Shown: one piece after another, positions 1 to 11,149 of the stretch
Numbering within the stretch: the stretch's first letter is position 1
Layout of the letters: every line of letters begins with the position of its first letter
Assembly (NCBI GenBank): GCA_963700145.1
Contig: OY969474.1
Location: forward strand, 4,032,001-4,096,000
DNA length: 64,000 nt
DNA from: an uncultured Acidobacteriota bacterium
Lineage (GTDB): Bacteria > Acidobacteriota > Thermoanaerobaculia > Multivoradales > UBA5704
Reading direction: 5' to 3'
Notes under the pieces: generated by a model
The model's database searches: none
What the model was told of the DNA's origin: nothing
What the model saw: the letters and a program-made list of their open reading frames with translations, nothing else
Position numbers and translations under genes: made by a program

Positions 1-290
1 CAGGTGCCGGTGGCCGAGCAGCTCCTGGACGGTGCGGATGTCGTAGCCGTTCGCCAGCATGTGGGTGGCGAAGCTGTGGCGGAGACAGTGGAGCGTCACC
101 GGCTTGGCCACACCGGCCTGGCGCGCCGCCTGCTTGAAGGCCCGCTGCACGGTCCGCTCATGGAGGTGGTGCCGCCCCTCCCGGCCGGTGGCGGGGTTCG
201 CGCCACCGGCTGGAAGCCGGGAAGGCGTACTGCCAGCCCCACTCCCGGGACGCCCCCGGGTACGAAGCCGTCGGCCAGGTCGCGCTGGCT
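1..290 (-). pseudogene. intI: Integron integrase (IntI-like) C-terminal remnant, frameshifted, runs off the window start
   Basis: Minus strand reads QRDLADGF / [21 protein letters not shown] / [66 protein letters not shown], with frame breaks near 200 and 262. It has the [10 protein letters not shown] box and the integron-specific WGWQY..RHHLHE segment; no N-terminal half is visible. Confidence 0.85.
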
Positions 291-360
291 TAGGAAGAAA
301 AGACTAATTCGGGATGCCAGGGAGCTTGCAGGTGAGGCCGCAGGGAGAGTTCCCCTGGCC

Positions 361-389
361 TTGACAGGGTGCCTCGCCCCTCCTACACT
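361..389 (+). promoter_or_regulatory. sigma70 promoter of groESL
   Basis: TTGACA (361-366), 17-nt spacer, TACACT (384-389). Confidence 0.85.
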
Positions 390-390
390 G

Positions 391-417
391 TTAGCAGTCT
401 CAACCGCTGAGTGCTAA
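391..417 (+). promoter_or_regulatory. CIRCE element (HrcA operator)
   Basis: TTAGCAGTC-N9-GAGTGCTAA, one mismatch to the CIRCE consensus, directly upstream of groES. Confidence 0.95.
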
Positions 418-481
418 GCACGCGGCGGGACGGTTCACGTAAACCACTGAAATCAGGCAGTCATCCGTCAAGGAGGCCAGA

Positions 482-2456
<1,975 letters not shown>

Positions 2457-2488
2457 GCCGCACCACCACCTTCACGCGGCACCACGAG

Positions 2489-2524
2489 CGGCCGGCCTGG
2501 GCAACCTGGGCCGGCCGTTTGTTT
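2489..2524 (+). terminator. Intrinsic terminator after groEL
   Basis: CGGCCGGCCTGG-GCAA-CCTGGGCCGGCCG hairpin followed by TTTGTTT. Confidence 0.75.
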
Positions 2525-2572
2525 GCACCCGGTTCGCTGGACATCTGATGCATGATGCTTGATGATCACGGC

Positions 2573-2800
2573 ATGCGGACCACCCTAGAGATCGACGACG
2601 ACATCCTCCAAGCGGCCAAGGAGATCGCCGCCAGCCGGGGCACAAGCGCGGGGCGCGTGCTGTCGGACCTGGCGCGAAAGGCGATGGAGCCGAAGCGATC
2701 GCCGCGGGTGCGCAACGGTGTGCCGCTGCTACCGCGACGACCGAAGGGGAGCCCACGGCCGACGATGGAGCTCGTCAATCGGCTCCGCGACGAGCCATGA
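2573..2800 (+). CDS. VapB-like (RHH) antitoxin
   Basis: MRTTLEIDDDILQAAKEIA...RNGVPLLP; ATGA overlap with the downstream PIN gene. Confidence 0.85.
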   Translation: MRTTLEIDDDILQAAKEIAASRGTSAGRVLSDLARKAMEPKRSPRVRNGVPLLPRRPKGSPRPTMELVNRLRDEP

Positions 2801-3240
2801 CGCGAGTCGCGCTGCTCGACGTCAACGTCCTGCTGGCGCTCTTCGACCCCGATCACGTCCACCACGACGCCGCGCACGAGTGGTTCGCCGATCATCGCGA
2901 GGAGGGGTGGGCGACCTGCCCTCTGACCGAGAATGGCTTGGTGCGGGTGCTCTCGAATCCCGCCTATGCGGCGGTCCATGAAGCGCCGGCCGTCGTCGTA
3001 GGGCGTCTCGCGTCTTTCTGTGCGAGCGGCAACCACGTCTTCTGGGCGGACGAGGTCTCGCTGCGCGACCCGCGAGTTCTAGCACCCGCAGCGGGACTCA
3101 CTCACCGGCACGTCACGGATGTCTACCTCTTGAGTCTTGCGAAGCACCGCGGCGGCAGGCTCGCCACCTTCGACCGCCGCATCCCGCTCGCCGCCGTCGT
3201 CGGGGCCGAGCACGAGCACCTCGAGGTCATTCCTGCCTAG
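2797..3240 (+). CDS. vapC: VapC-family PIN toxin
   Basis: LLDVNVLLAL, CPLTENG, TDVYLL and LATFD PIN motifs. Confidence 0.9.
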   Translation: MTRVALLDVNVLLALFDPDHVHHDAAHEWFADHREEGWATCPLTENGLVRVLSNPAYAAVHEAPAVVVGRLASFCASGNHVFWADEVSLRDPRVLAPAAGLTHRHVTDVYLLSLAKHRGGRLATFDRRIPLAAVVGAEHEHLEVIPA

Positions 3241-4801
3241 CAGCTAGTCGTTGTCCGTCGGTTTCACCTACTAGCTCGCCGGCGGCGCGGGCGCGGGCCC
3301 AGCGGGTCTCTTCGTCGCGCGCGAGGTGGCGGGCGGCGGCGAGGAGGCAGGCGAGGGCGGCGGCGTTGGCGAGGAGGGCCCAGAGGAGGGCGGGGCGCAG
3401 GTCGCCGAAGGCGACGGAGAGGCGGCCGATCGTGTAGGGGCCGAGCGCCAGGCCGATGAAGGTCACGACCAGGAGGAACGTCGCCGCGGCGACGGCGCGC
3501 ATGCGCGGCAGGACGAGGTCTTGCACCGTCGAGGCGCCGGGGCCGAGCCAGAGCGCGGTCGTGACGTAGAACGGGAAGCTGGCGGCGTAGGCCCAGGGGA
3601 GGCTCGGCGCGGCGAGGAGCGCCAGGGCGCACGGGATCGGCAGGACGGCGTTCGCCATCGCCACCTGGAGGCGGCCGGTCGGCGACCGCCGCCGCAGCCG
3701 GTCGGCGAGGAGGCCGCCCAGGGTCACTCCCAGCCAGCCGCCGGCCGCCGCGATGCCGCCGAGGACGAGGCCCACCTCCGCCAGGTCTGCGCCGTGGACA
3801 CGGATCAGCAGCGGCGCGATCCAGAAGCCGTAGCCATAGCCGGTGAAGGACAGCAGGCCGCAGGCGAGGGCGACGCCCCCGAGCGACCGGCTGCGGAAGA
3901 TGAGCGCGGAGGCGGCCCGATCGCGCAGCGCCAACGACTGCGCCCAGGAGAAGACCGCGTAGGCGCCGAGCGCCAGCGAGAGCCACTGCGCGGGGTTGCC
4001 CAGGAGGCGGGTGAGGAGCGCGGCGAGCGCCAGCGCGCCGGCGGCGGCGAGGAGGTTCGCCGCGAGCACCCGCCGCCGCGCCCGCAGCCGCAGCAGGTTC
4101 AAAAAGGTGAGCGGCGGCAGGACCGCCGCGAGCTCGTGCCCGAAGGCGCGCCAGGGGTGGGGCTCCGGCGGCGTCACGGTGCCTTCCGTCTCCCCGCGGC
4201 GCGGCTCGCGCAGCGTCGCCACCCAGAGCGCCAGCAGGATCCCCGGCAGCCCCGCGGCGAGGAACGCCACCTGCCAGCCGCGCAGCCCGAAGGGCGGCGC
4301 GGCACCCGCCCAGGCGGCGTCCCAACGGTCGACGACGAGGCCGCCGATCCCCAGCCCGAGCCCGGCGCCGAGATAGATGCCGCTCGAGTAGATTGCCAGC
4401 GCCGTGGCGCGGCGGGCGCGCGGGAAGTAGTCGGAGAGCAGCGAGTAGGCCGCCGGGCTGGCGCTCGCCTCGCCGACGCCGACGCCGATCCTGGCCAGCG
4501 CGAGCTGCGGGAAGCTCCGCGCCAGCCCCGAGAGCGCGGTCATGGCGCTCCAGGCGGCGAGGCCCAGGGCGATCAGCCGCCGGCGGTCCCAGACGTCGGC
4601 GAGCCGCCCGAGCGGGATGCCGAAGACGGCGTAGAAGACGGCGAAGGCGGTGCCGTAGAGGTAGCCCATCTGCGCGTCGGTGACGCCGAGGTCGGCCTTG
4701 ATGCGCTCGGCGAGGATCGAGAGGATCTGCCGGTCCAGGAAGTTGAAGACGTAGACGACGACCAGGACGCCGAGGACGTAGCGCGGGTAGCGGCCGGTCA
4801 T
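3227..4801 (-). CDS. MFS transporter (spinster-like)
   Basis: FNFLDRQILSIL, GRLADVWDRRR motif A, many hydrophobic helices. Confidence 0.9.
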   Translation of the reverse strand: MTGRYPRYVLGVLVVVYVFNFLDRQILSILAERIKADLGVTDAQMGYLYGTAFAVFYAVFGIPLGRLADVWDRRRLIALGLAAWSAMTALSGLARSFPQLALARIGVGVGEASASPAAYSLLSDYFPRARRATALAIYSSGIYLGAGLGLGIGGLVVDRWDAAWAGAAPPFGLRGWQVAFLAAGLPGILLALWVATLREPRRGETEGTVTPPEPHPWRAFGHELAAVLPPLTFLNLLRLRARRRVLAANLLAAAGALALAALLTRLLGNPAQWLSLALGAYAVFSWAQSLALRDRAASALIFRSRSLGGVALACGLLSFTGYGYGFWIAPLLIRVHGADLAEVGLVLGGIAAAGGWLGVTLGGLLADRLRRRSPTGRLQVAMANAVLPIPCALALLAAPSLPWAYAASFPFYVTTALWLGPGASTVQDLVLPRMRAVAAATFLLVVTFIGLALGPYTIGRLSVAFGDLRPALLWALLANAAALACLLAAARHLARDEETRWARARAAGELVGETDGQRLAARQE

Positions 4802-4925
4802 GGCGCCGGATCATCACACCGTTGCCCCGCGGCCGAGCGGTCGGGCGTAACTTCTTCTGCTCAGCGGCACAAAGATTGACGGAATGCGGAGAAAATTCCT
4901 TGTAGCAGTAACCAGGTTCTTCGCG

Positions 4926-4983
4926 TAAGTCACTCATCCAAAAGCACTTAGACTTGCAATAGCAGGGTGCCGCGCGGTAGATT
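4926..4983 (+). promoter_or_regulatory. TAAGT-N15-ACTTA palindrome and sigma70-like promoter of XRE gene 1
   Basis: TAAGT 4926, ACTTA 4946, TTGCAA 4954, TAGATT 4978; the same layout recurs at 5541-5598. Confidence 0.65.
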
Positions 4984-4993
4984 GCGCGCCGTC

Positions 4994-5464
4994 GTGTTCG
5001 AGCTCATCGGCGAGACCCTGCGGCGGCTCCGCAAGGAGAGCGGGAAGACCCTTGCCCAGCTCGGGTCGGAGGCCCAGGTCGGCAAGGGGCAGCTCTCGCG
5101 CATCGAGAACGGCAAGCAGGAGGCCACCTTCGGCACCCTTGAGCGGGTGCTCAAGGCGCACGGCGTCTCGCGCCAGGACTTCTTCCGCCGCTACGACCTG
5201 GTCGAGGCCGAGGCGTCGGCGCTGCGCCGCGGCCGGCGGCTGACGCGCGAGGGGACGCACGACGCCTACCCGGTAGCGACGACCTCGCGCTGGCCCGGCG
5301 AGCTGCGCGACGCGCTCGCCCAGATCGAGTCGTTCGTCGAGACCAGCCTGCGCGAGGCGCAGCCGCTGGCGCAGGGGATGGTCGAGATCGGCGAAGTGGT
5401 GGTGGTCTTCCGTGTCCTGCCCAAGGGCTCGGATCAATTGCCGAAACCGGCCCGAAAGAGCTGA
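4994..5464 (+). CDS. XRE-family HTH regulator
   Basis: IGETLRRLRKESGKTLAQLGSEAQVGKGQLSRIENGK; GTG start chosen at 4994. Confidence 0.85.
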   Translation: MFELIGETLRRLRKESGKTLAQLGSEAQVGKGQLSRIENGKQEATFGTLERVLKAHGVSRQDFFRRYDLVEAEASALRRGRRLTREGTHDAYPVATTSRWPGELRDALAQIESFVETSLREAQPLAQGMVEIGEVVVVFRVLPKGSDQLPKPARKS

Positions 5465-5540
5465 TCTCTACAACCAAGAGCTAGGTCTGTGCGGTTAAAC
5501 ACGCGCTTCGATGCGTGGAACGGCACCAACGCTCTTCCGC

Positions 5541-5598
5541 TAAGTCATTTCTGATGAGACACTTAGGCTTGTAAGCCGGGTTCGACTTCGGCTACATT
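5541..5598 (+). promoter_or_regulatory. TAAGT-N15-ACTTA palindrome and sigma70-like promoter of XRE gene 2
   Basis: TAAGT 5541, ACTTA 5561, TTGTAA 5569, TACATT 5593, then ATG after a 6-nt gap. Confidence 0.65.
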
Positions 5599-5604
5599 CC
5601 GCGC

Positions 5605-6066
5605 ATGTTCGGCAACCTGGGGCGCACCCTCCGGCTACTGCGGGAGCTGCGCGACCTCAGCCAGGGGCAGGTGGCACGCGAGGCCGGCATCGGCAAGAGC
5701 CAGCTCTCGAAGTACGAGAACGGCCGGGAGCTACCGAAGCTGGAGTCGTTGGCGAAGGTGCTCAAAGTCCTCGGCATCGGGCCCTACGAGTTCTTCTACA
5801 CGATGCACCTGCTCGACCGGCGCGCCGCCGACCTCGCCGCCGCCGCGGCGCGCGGCGACGCGTATCCCACCGCCGAAGGGCCGCCGGGCGAGATCCGCGA
5901 CCAGGAGCTCCTGCTGCGCTCGCTCCACCCCGGCAACCCGCTCCTCCCCGGCGCCATGGACCAGGCCTTCTCCCGCGTCTGGGAGGACCTCCTCGGCGTC
6001 TACCGCCTGGTCTGCGAGCAGCGCCTGACGGCCGGCCTCGCCAAGAGCGGCGAAGAGCCGAGCTAG
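5605..6066 (+). CDS. XRE-family HTH regulator
   Basis: LGRTLRLLRELRDLSQGQVAREAGIGKSQLSKYENGR. Confidence 0.9.
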   Translation: MFGNLGRTLRLLRELRDLSQGQVAREAGIGKSQLSKYENGRELPKLESLAKVLKVLGIGPYEFFYTMHLLDRRAADLAAAAARGDAYPTAEGPPGEIRDQELLLRSLHPGNPLLPGAMDQAFSRVWEDLLGVYRLVCEQRLTAGLAKSGEEPS

Positions 6067-6779
6067 CCCTCCTCCCCCGGCTCCGCCACCTTCAGCATCC
6101 AGCGCTCCCAGCGCGCGGCGGCGAGCTCGCCACCGAGATCGGCGTCGCCGCTGTAGACGCGGCGCGGGACGCGCCGGCAGGGGATCGCGAAGGTGGTGGT
6201 GCCGGCGAGCGGGAAGGGGTCGAGGACGAGCCGCCCGGGCGCCGGCCGCCCGGCGACGCCGTGGCGGCGGAACGGCTCCCGCCAGCGGCCGCAGGCGGCG
6301 AGCGAGGCGAGGTCGGCGAGGTCGAGGAAGCGGTAGTCGGCGGCCAGGTCCTCCTCGCCGGCGCCCGTCGTGGCGAAGAGCTCGGCCGCCAGCTCGTCGA
6401 GGAGCGCGAAGAGCCCTTCCCAGACCGGCTCGCCGCGCCGCTCGCCGAAGAGCTGCAGCGCGTGGCGGACGATGAGGAGCGCCGCGTAGGGGCGGCTCCC
6501 GGCATAGCGCGCGACGCCCCGCTCCCAGACCTCCACCCGGTCGGCGGCCGGGAGGCTCGTGAAGTCGTGCGGCCGGCCGCGCGCGGCGTCCCAGCGCGGC
6601 GCGGCGTCGGCCTCGCGCCAGCCGTTGTCGTGCTCGCGGGCGGCGAAGAGGAGGTCGTCGCGGCGCGGGTGGGCGGGGAGACCGTCGGCGCGCCAGAGCG
6701 AGAGGAGCTCGCCGGAGAAGCGGGCGTGGTCGGGTTGGGTGACGAGGAAGAAGGCGTCGCCTTCGTCGACCACGATCAT
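6063..6779 (-). CDS. DUF3891-like protein
   Basis: TQPDHARFSGELLSLW, EHDNGW and RPHDF motifs. Confidence 0.75.
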   Translation of the reverse strand: MIVVDEGDAFFLVTQPDHARFSGELLSLWRADGLPAHPRRDDLLFAAREHDNGWREADAAPRWDAARGRPHDFTSLPAADRVEVWERGVARYAGSRPYAALLIVRHALQLFGERRGEPVWEGLFALLDELAAELFATTGAGEEDLAADYRFLDLADLASLAACGRWREPFRRHGVAGRPAPGRLVLDPFPLAGTTTFAIPCRRVPRRVYSGDADLGGELAAARWERWMLKVAEPGEEG

Positions 6780-6795
6780 CGACTAGCATCCTCGC

Positions 6796-7557
6796 ATGCC
6801 CGTGCTGCGGATGGCGGAGCTGCCGTGGACGGAGGTCGCGGCGCTCGACCGCGCGCGCTGCGTGGCGCTGCTGCCGGTCGGCGCCGTCGAGGCGCACGGG
6901 CCGCACCTGCCGCTGGGCACGGACGTCGTGATCGCCGAGGCGATGGCGGCGGCGGCGGCCGAGCGGCTGGACCGCCGCGGCCTCGCCGTGCTCGTCCTGC
7001 CGGCGCTCGCCTACACCGCGGCGCCGTTCGCGGCGGCGTTCGCGGGGACGGTCTCTCTCCGCCCCGAGACAGTGACCGAAACGGTCGTGGACATCGGCCG
7101 CTCGCTGGCCACCGCCGGCATCCCGCTCCTGGCGATCGCCAACGCGCATTTCGACCCCACGCACGTGCAGGCGCTGCGCGCCGCCGCGGAAGAGCTGGGC
7201 AAGGAGGGGAAGATCGCCGTCGCCTTCCCGGACCTGACGCGCCGCGCGCTCGCGGCGCGCCTGACCGACGAGTTCCGCAGCGGCGCCTGCCACGCCGGGC
7301 GCTACGAGGGGTCGCTCGTCCTCGCCTCCCGCCCGGACCTCGTGCGCGAGGACGTGCGGCGAGAGCTGCCGCCCCACCCGATCTCCTTGACGGCGGCGAT
7401 GCGCGAGGGGAAGACGACCTTCGCCGAAGCCGGCGGCCCCGACGCCTACTTCGGCGACCCCGCCGCCGCCTCGCGCGAGGAGGGCGAGGCCACGCTCGGC
7501 GTTCTCGCCGCGATCCTCGAAGAGGCCGTGCTCGCGGCCCTCGGCAATCCTTGCTAA
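6796..7557 (+). CDS. Creatininase-family amidohydrolase
   Basis: PVGAVEAHGPHLPLGTD, NAH and HAGRYE metal-binding motifs. Confidence 0.92.
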   Translation: MPVLRMAELPWTEVAALDRARCVALLPVGAVEAHGPHLPLGTDVVIAEAMAAAAAERLDRRGLAVLVLPALAYTAAPFAAAFAGTVSLRPETVTETVVDIGRSLATAGIPLLAIANAHFDPTHVQALRAAAEELGKEGKIAVAFPDLTRRALAARLTDEFRSGACHAGRYEGSLVLASRPDLVREDVRRELPPHPISLTAAMREGKTTFAEAGGPDAYFGDPAAASREEGEATLGVLAAILEEAVLAALGNPC

Positions 7558-7567
7558 CGTCGCCGCC

Positions 7568-8344
7568 GTGATCCTGGCGGGCCGCAAGGCGGTGGTGACG
7601 GGGGGCGGGCGCGGCATCGGCGCCGCGATCGGGCGGGCGCTGGCGGCCGAGGGGGCGGCGGTGCTCCTCGCCGCGCGCACCGCGGCGGACGTCGAAGGCT
7701 TGGCGGCGGAGCTGCGCGGCGGCGGCGCCGAGGCCTGGGGGATCGCCTGCGACGTCGCCGACCCCGAGCAGGTGCGCGCCCTCGCCGCGGCGGCGCGCGA
7801 GCGCTTCGGCCACGCCGACGTCCTGGTCAACAACGCCGGCATCGCCACCTCGGCGCCGCTGCGCTCGATCACCCTCGAGACCTGGAACCGCGTCTTCGCG
7901 GTCAACTCGACCGGCACCTTCCTCTGCACCCAGGCGCTGCTCCCCGGCATGCTGGAGCGCGGCTGGGGGCGCGTCGTCAACGTCGCCTCCGTCGCCGGCC
8001 GCACCGCGGCGGCCTACATCGCCGCCTACGCCGCCTCGAAGCACGCGGTCGTCGGCTTCACCCGCGCGGTGGCCGCCGAGGTGGCGGCCTCCGGCGTCAC
8101 CGTCAACGCCGTCTGCCCCGGCTACGTCGACACCGGCATGACCGAGGAGTCGGTCGAGCGGATCGCTCAAAAGACCGGGCGCTCGCGCGAGGAGGCGCTG
8201 GAGGGGCTGCGCCGCCAGTCGCCGCAGCGCCGCCTGATGCAGCCGGAGGAGGTGGCCTACCTGGTCGTCGCCCTCTGCGACGAGCGGGCCCGCGGCGTCA
8301 ACGGCCAGGCCATCGTGCTCGACGGCGGAGCGCTGCTGGCGTGA
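7568..8344 (+). CDS. SDR oxidoreductase (3-hydroxyacyl-CoA dehydrogenase-like)
   Basis: TGGGRGIG, NNAG and YAASK motifs. Confidence 0.92.
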   Translation: MILAGRKAVVTGGGRGIGAAIGRALAAEGAAVLLAARTAADVEGLAAELRGGGAEAWGIACDVADPEQVRALAAAARERFGHADVLVNNAGIATSAPLRSITLETWNRVFAVNSTGTFLCTQALLPGMLERGWGRVVNVASVAGRTAAAYIAAYAASKHAVVGFTRAVAAEVAASGVTVNAVCPGYVDTGMTEESVERIAQKTGRSREEALEGLRRQSPQRRLMQPEEVAYLVVALCDERARGVNGQAIVLDGGALLA

Positions 8345-8754
8345 GCGACGGCTTCCTGCGCGCCGTCGAGCCCGACGGCTTCCCGCCGCCGCGCGGCTAC
8401 TCGCACGGCATCCTCGCCCCGGCCGGCGGCCGGCTCCTCTTCGTCGCCGGGCAGATCGGCTGGGACGCGGAGGGCAGGCTCGTGGGCGATGCCTTCGCCG
8501 CCCAGTTCGGCCGCGCGCTTGCCAACGTCGCCGCCGTGGTGCGCGCCGCCGGCGGCGCCCCCGAGCATCTGGCGCGCCTCACCGTCTACGTCACCGACCG
8601 CCGCGAGTACCTGGCCGACCTCGCCGCCGTCGGCGAGGCCTATCGCGCGGTCATGGGCCGGCACTACCCGGCGATGGCGCTCGTCGAGGTGAGCGGCCTC
8701 CTCGAGCCGGGGGCGAAAGTGGAGATCGAGGGGACGGCGGTGCTCCCCGCCTGA
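8341..8754 (+). CDS. RidA/YjgF-family protein
   Basis: PPRGYSHG, FVAGQIG, HYPAM and KVEIE motifs. Confidence 0.92.
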   Translation: MSDGFLRAVEPDGFPPPRGYSHGILAPAGGRLLFVAGQIGWDAEGRLVGDAFAAQFGRALANVAAVVRAAGGAPEHLARLTVYVTDRREYLADLAAVGEAYRAVMGRHYPAMALVEVSGLLEPGAKVEIEGTAVLPA

Positions 8755-8757
8755 GCC

Positions 8758-9564
8758 ATGGCGATCGCGCCCGAGAGCTTCCGCTACGCGCTCGACGAGG
8801 CGACCGGCGTCGCCACGGTCACGCTCGACCGCCCGGAGCGCCTCAACGCGCTGACGTTCGAGGTGTACGATGAGCTCACCGCCGTCTTCCAGGCGCTCGA
8901 CGTCGAGCCCGGCGTGCGCGCCGTCGTCCTGACCGGCAGCGGCCGCGCTTTCTGCTCGGGCGGCGACGTCGAGGCGATCATCGGCGCCCTCTTCGAGCGC
9001 GACTACCAGGGCCTCCTCGACTTCACCCGCACGACCGGCGCGCTGGTGCTCGCCATCCTGCGCTGCCGGCGACCGGTGGTGGCGGCGCTCAACGGCCTGG
9101 TGGCCGGCGCCGGCGCGGTCATCGCCTCCGCCTGCGACCTGCGGGTGGCGGGGGAGAGCGCCAAGATCGCCTTCCTCTTCACCAAGGTCGGGCTCTCGGG
9201 GGCCGACATGGGGGCCTCGTGGCTCTTGCCGCGCCTCGTCGGCCGCGGGCGGGCGGCGGAGATCCTCATGCTCGGCGACTTCGTGCCGGCCCGCGAGGCG
9301 GAGCGGATCGGCCTCTACAACCGGGTGGTGGCCGACGACCGCGTGCTCGCCGAGGCCACGGCGCTCGCCGAGCGCCTCGCCCGCGGCCCCGCCTTCGGCC
9401 TCGAGGTGACGAAGAACCTCCTGCTGCGCGAGGCGGCGATGGACGTCGAGTCGGCGCTCGCCGCCGAAGTCGAGATCCAGGCCGCCTGCATGCTCCACCC
9501 CGACTTCCGCGAGGCCTACGAAGCGTTCCAGGCGAAGCGCGAGCCCAAGTTTCGGAGCCCGTGA
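8758..9564 (+). CDS. Enoyl-CoA hydratase family protein
   Basis: LDRPERLNALT, AFCSGGDV and GLSGADMGA motifs. Confidence 0.93.
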   Translation: MAIAPESFRYALDEATGVATVTLDRPERLNALTFEVYDELTAVFQALDVEPGVRAVVLTGSGRAFCSGGDVEAIIGALFERDYQGLLDFTRTTGALVLAILRCRRPVVAALNGLVAGAGAVIASACDLRVAGESAKIAFLFTKVGLSGADMGASWLLPRLVGRGRAAEILMLGDFVPAREAERIGLYNRVVADDRVLAEATALAERLARGPAFGLEVTKNLLLREAAMDVESALAAEVEIQAACMLHPDFREAYEAFQAKREPKFRSP

Positions 9565-9635
9565 TGGGCTCCGAGACTCGCAGGGACGCCCGCCGGAGCG
9601 GGCGCTGATCGGAGCGCGAGTTCAAATGACGCGTT

Positions 9636-9666
9636 TGTCATCCCGAGCGAGAGCGAGGGATCTGGG
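9636..9666. repeat. REP-like element, half copy
   Basis: TGTCATCCCGAGCGAGAGCGAGGGATCTGGG, the same family as 21032, 24528 and 41466. Confidence 0.85.
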
Positions 9667-9698
9667 CGGGGGGCGGCGCGAAGACCGCTCGGAACGCC

Positions 9699-10865
9699 GT
9701 GCCTGATCTAGCTCTCCTGCAGCCCTTCCTCGACGACCGCCACCGCGCGCTCGCCAGGAGTCTTGCCGTCTTCGCCGCTCGCGCCGTTGCCCCTTTGCCG
9801 GCTCCGGCCGACGACGCTGCCGGCCGCACACAGGCCCGCGAGCTGCTCGCGCTGCTTGGCGAGAACGGCTGGTTGCAGCACGCCGTCCCCGCCGCGGACG
9901 GCGGCTCCCCCTACCCCGACCTCCGCGCCTGCTGCCTCATCCGCGAGACCCTCGCCGCCGCCTCGCCGCTCGCCGACGCCGTCTTCGCGCTCCAGTGCCT
10001 GGGGTCGCTCCCGATCGCCCTCGCCGGCCGCGAAGCGCTCCGCCGCCGCTGGCTCCCCGAGGTCGCCGCCGGCCGCGCCATGGCCGCCTTCGCCATGACC
10101 GAGCCGGAGGCCGGCTCCGACGTCGCCGCCCTCGCCACGACCGCGCGGTGGGACGGCGACGCCTACGTCCTCGACGGTCGCAAGGTCCTGATCTCGAACG
10201 CCGGCATCGCCGACTTCTACTGCGTCTTCGCCGCCACCGACCGCGCGGCCGGCGCGCGCGGGCTCTCCTGCTTCCTGATCGAGGCCGGCGCCCCCGGGCT
10301 CCGCTTCGCCGGCGCGCAGGTGCTTTCGGCGCCGCACCCTCTGGGCGAGCTCGTCTTCGAGGGCTGCCGCGTGCCGGCCGAGCAGCGGCTCGGCGAGGAG
10401 GGGGAGGGGTTCAAGCTCGGCATGCGCACCCTCGACCGCCTCCGCCCGACGGTGGCGGCGGCGGCCTGCGGCATGGCCGAGCGCGCCCTCGCCGAGGCGA
10501 TCGCGCACGCCCGCCGGCGGCGGCAGTTCGGCCGGCCGCTCGCCGAGTTCCAGCTCGTGCAGGAGAAGCTGGCGCGCTCGGCCGTGGACCTGGCGGCGGC
10601 GCGCCTCCTCGTCTACCGCGCCGCGGCCGAAGGCGACGCCGGCGCCGAGCGCCTCACCCTGCCGGCGGCGATGGCCAAAGCCTTCGCCACCGAGGCGGCG
10701 CAGCGCATCGTCGACGACGCCCTCCAAGTCCTCGGCGGCCAGGGCGCCCTCGCCGACCACCCCGTCGAGCGCCTCTACCGCGCCGTCCGCGCCCTCCGCA
10801 TCTACGAGGGCACGACCGAGATCCAGCACCTCGTCATCGCCCGGGAGCTGCTGAGAACCGACTAG
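9699..10865 (+). CDS. Acyl-CoA dehydrogenase
   Basis: FAMTEPEAGSD, RRQFGRPL and RIYEGTTEIQ motifs. Confidence 0.95.
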   Translation: MPDLALLQPFLDDRHRALARSLAVFAARAVAPLPAPADDAAGRTQARELLALLGENGWLQHAVPAADGGSPYPDLRACCLIRETLAAASPLADAVFALQCLGSLPIALAGREALRRRWLPEVAAGRAMAAFAMTEPEAGSDVAALATTARWDGDAYVLDGRKVLISNAGIADFYCVFAATDRAAGARGLSCFLIEAGAPGLRFAGAQVLSAPHPLGELVFEGCRVPAEQRLGEEGEGFKLGMRTLDRLRPTVAAAACGMAERALAEAIAHARRRRQFGRPLAEFQLVQEKLARSAVDLAAARLLVYRAAAEGDAGAERLTLPAAMAKAFATEAAQRIVDDALQVLGGQGALADHPVERLYRAVRALRIYEGTTEIQHLVIARELLRTD

Positions 10866-11149
10866 CTACTTGGTTGACGCGGTTGCGGCCCTGACACGCT
10901 TCTCTGTCTCCCTGCCGCATAACCCTTAGGTGTTGACTTCGACGATTCCGCAGACCGGCCCTCCCACCGCATTTTGCGCTCCGGCGCCTCTTTCCTGCTA
11001 TAGTGACATAACTTATAGAGGCAGAAGCATCTGACGGCTATGGCCCGCTCTCGGAGCAGGGGCCTCCACACGAACGGCTGCCCCCCCGTTCAAGAAGCGG
11101 CCAGGGCCTGGTTGCAAAGGTTAGATCTGACACGCAAGAGCCCGCGTAT

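Noticed and set aside
4-417. 137-aa plus-strand ORF
   Set aside because: It is antisense to the intI remnant and overlaps the groE promoter and CIRCE.
10914-11126. Possible attI or upstream attC (ACATAAC...GTTAGAT) and promoter
   Set aside because: Internal pairing and promoter spacing were too weak to call.
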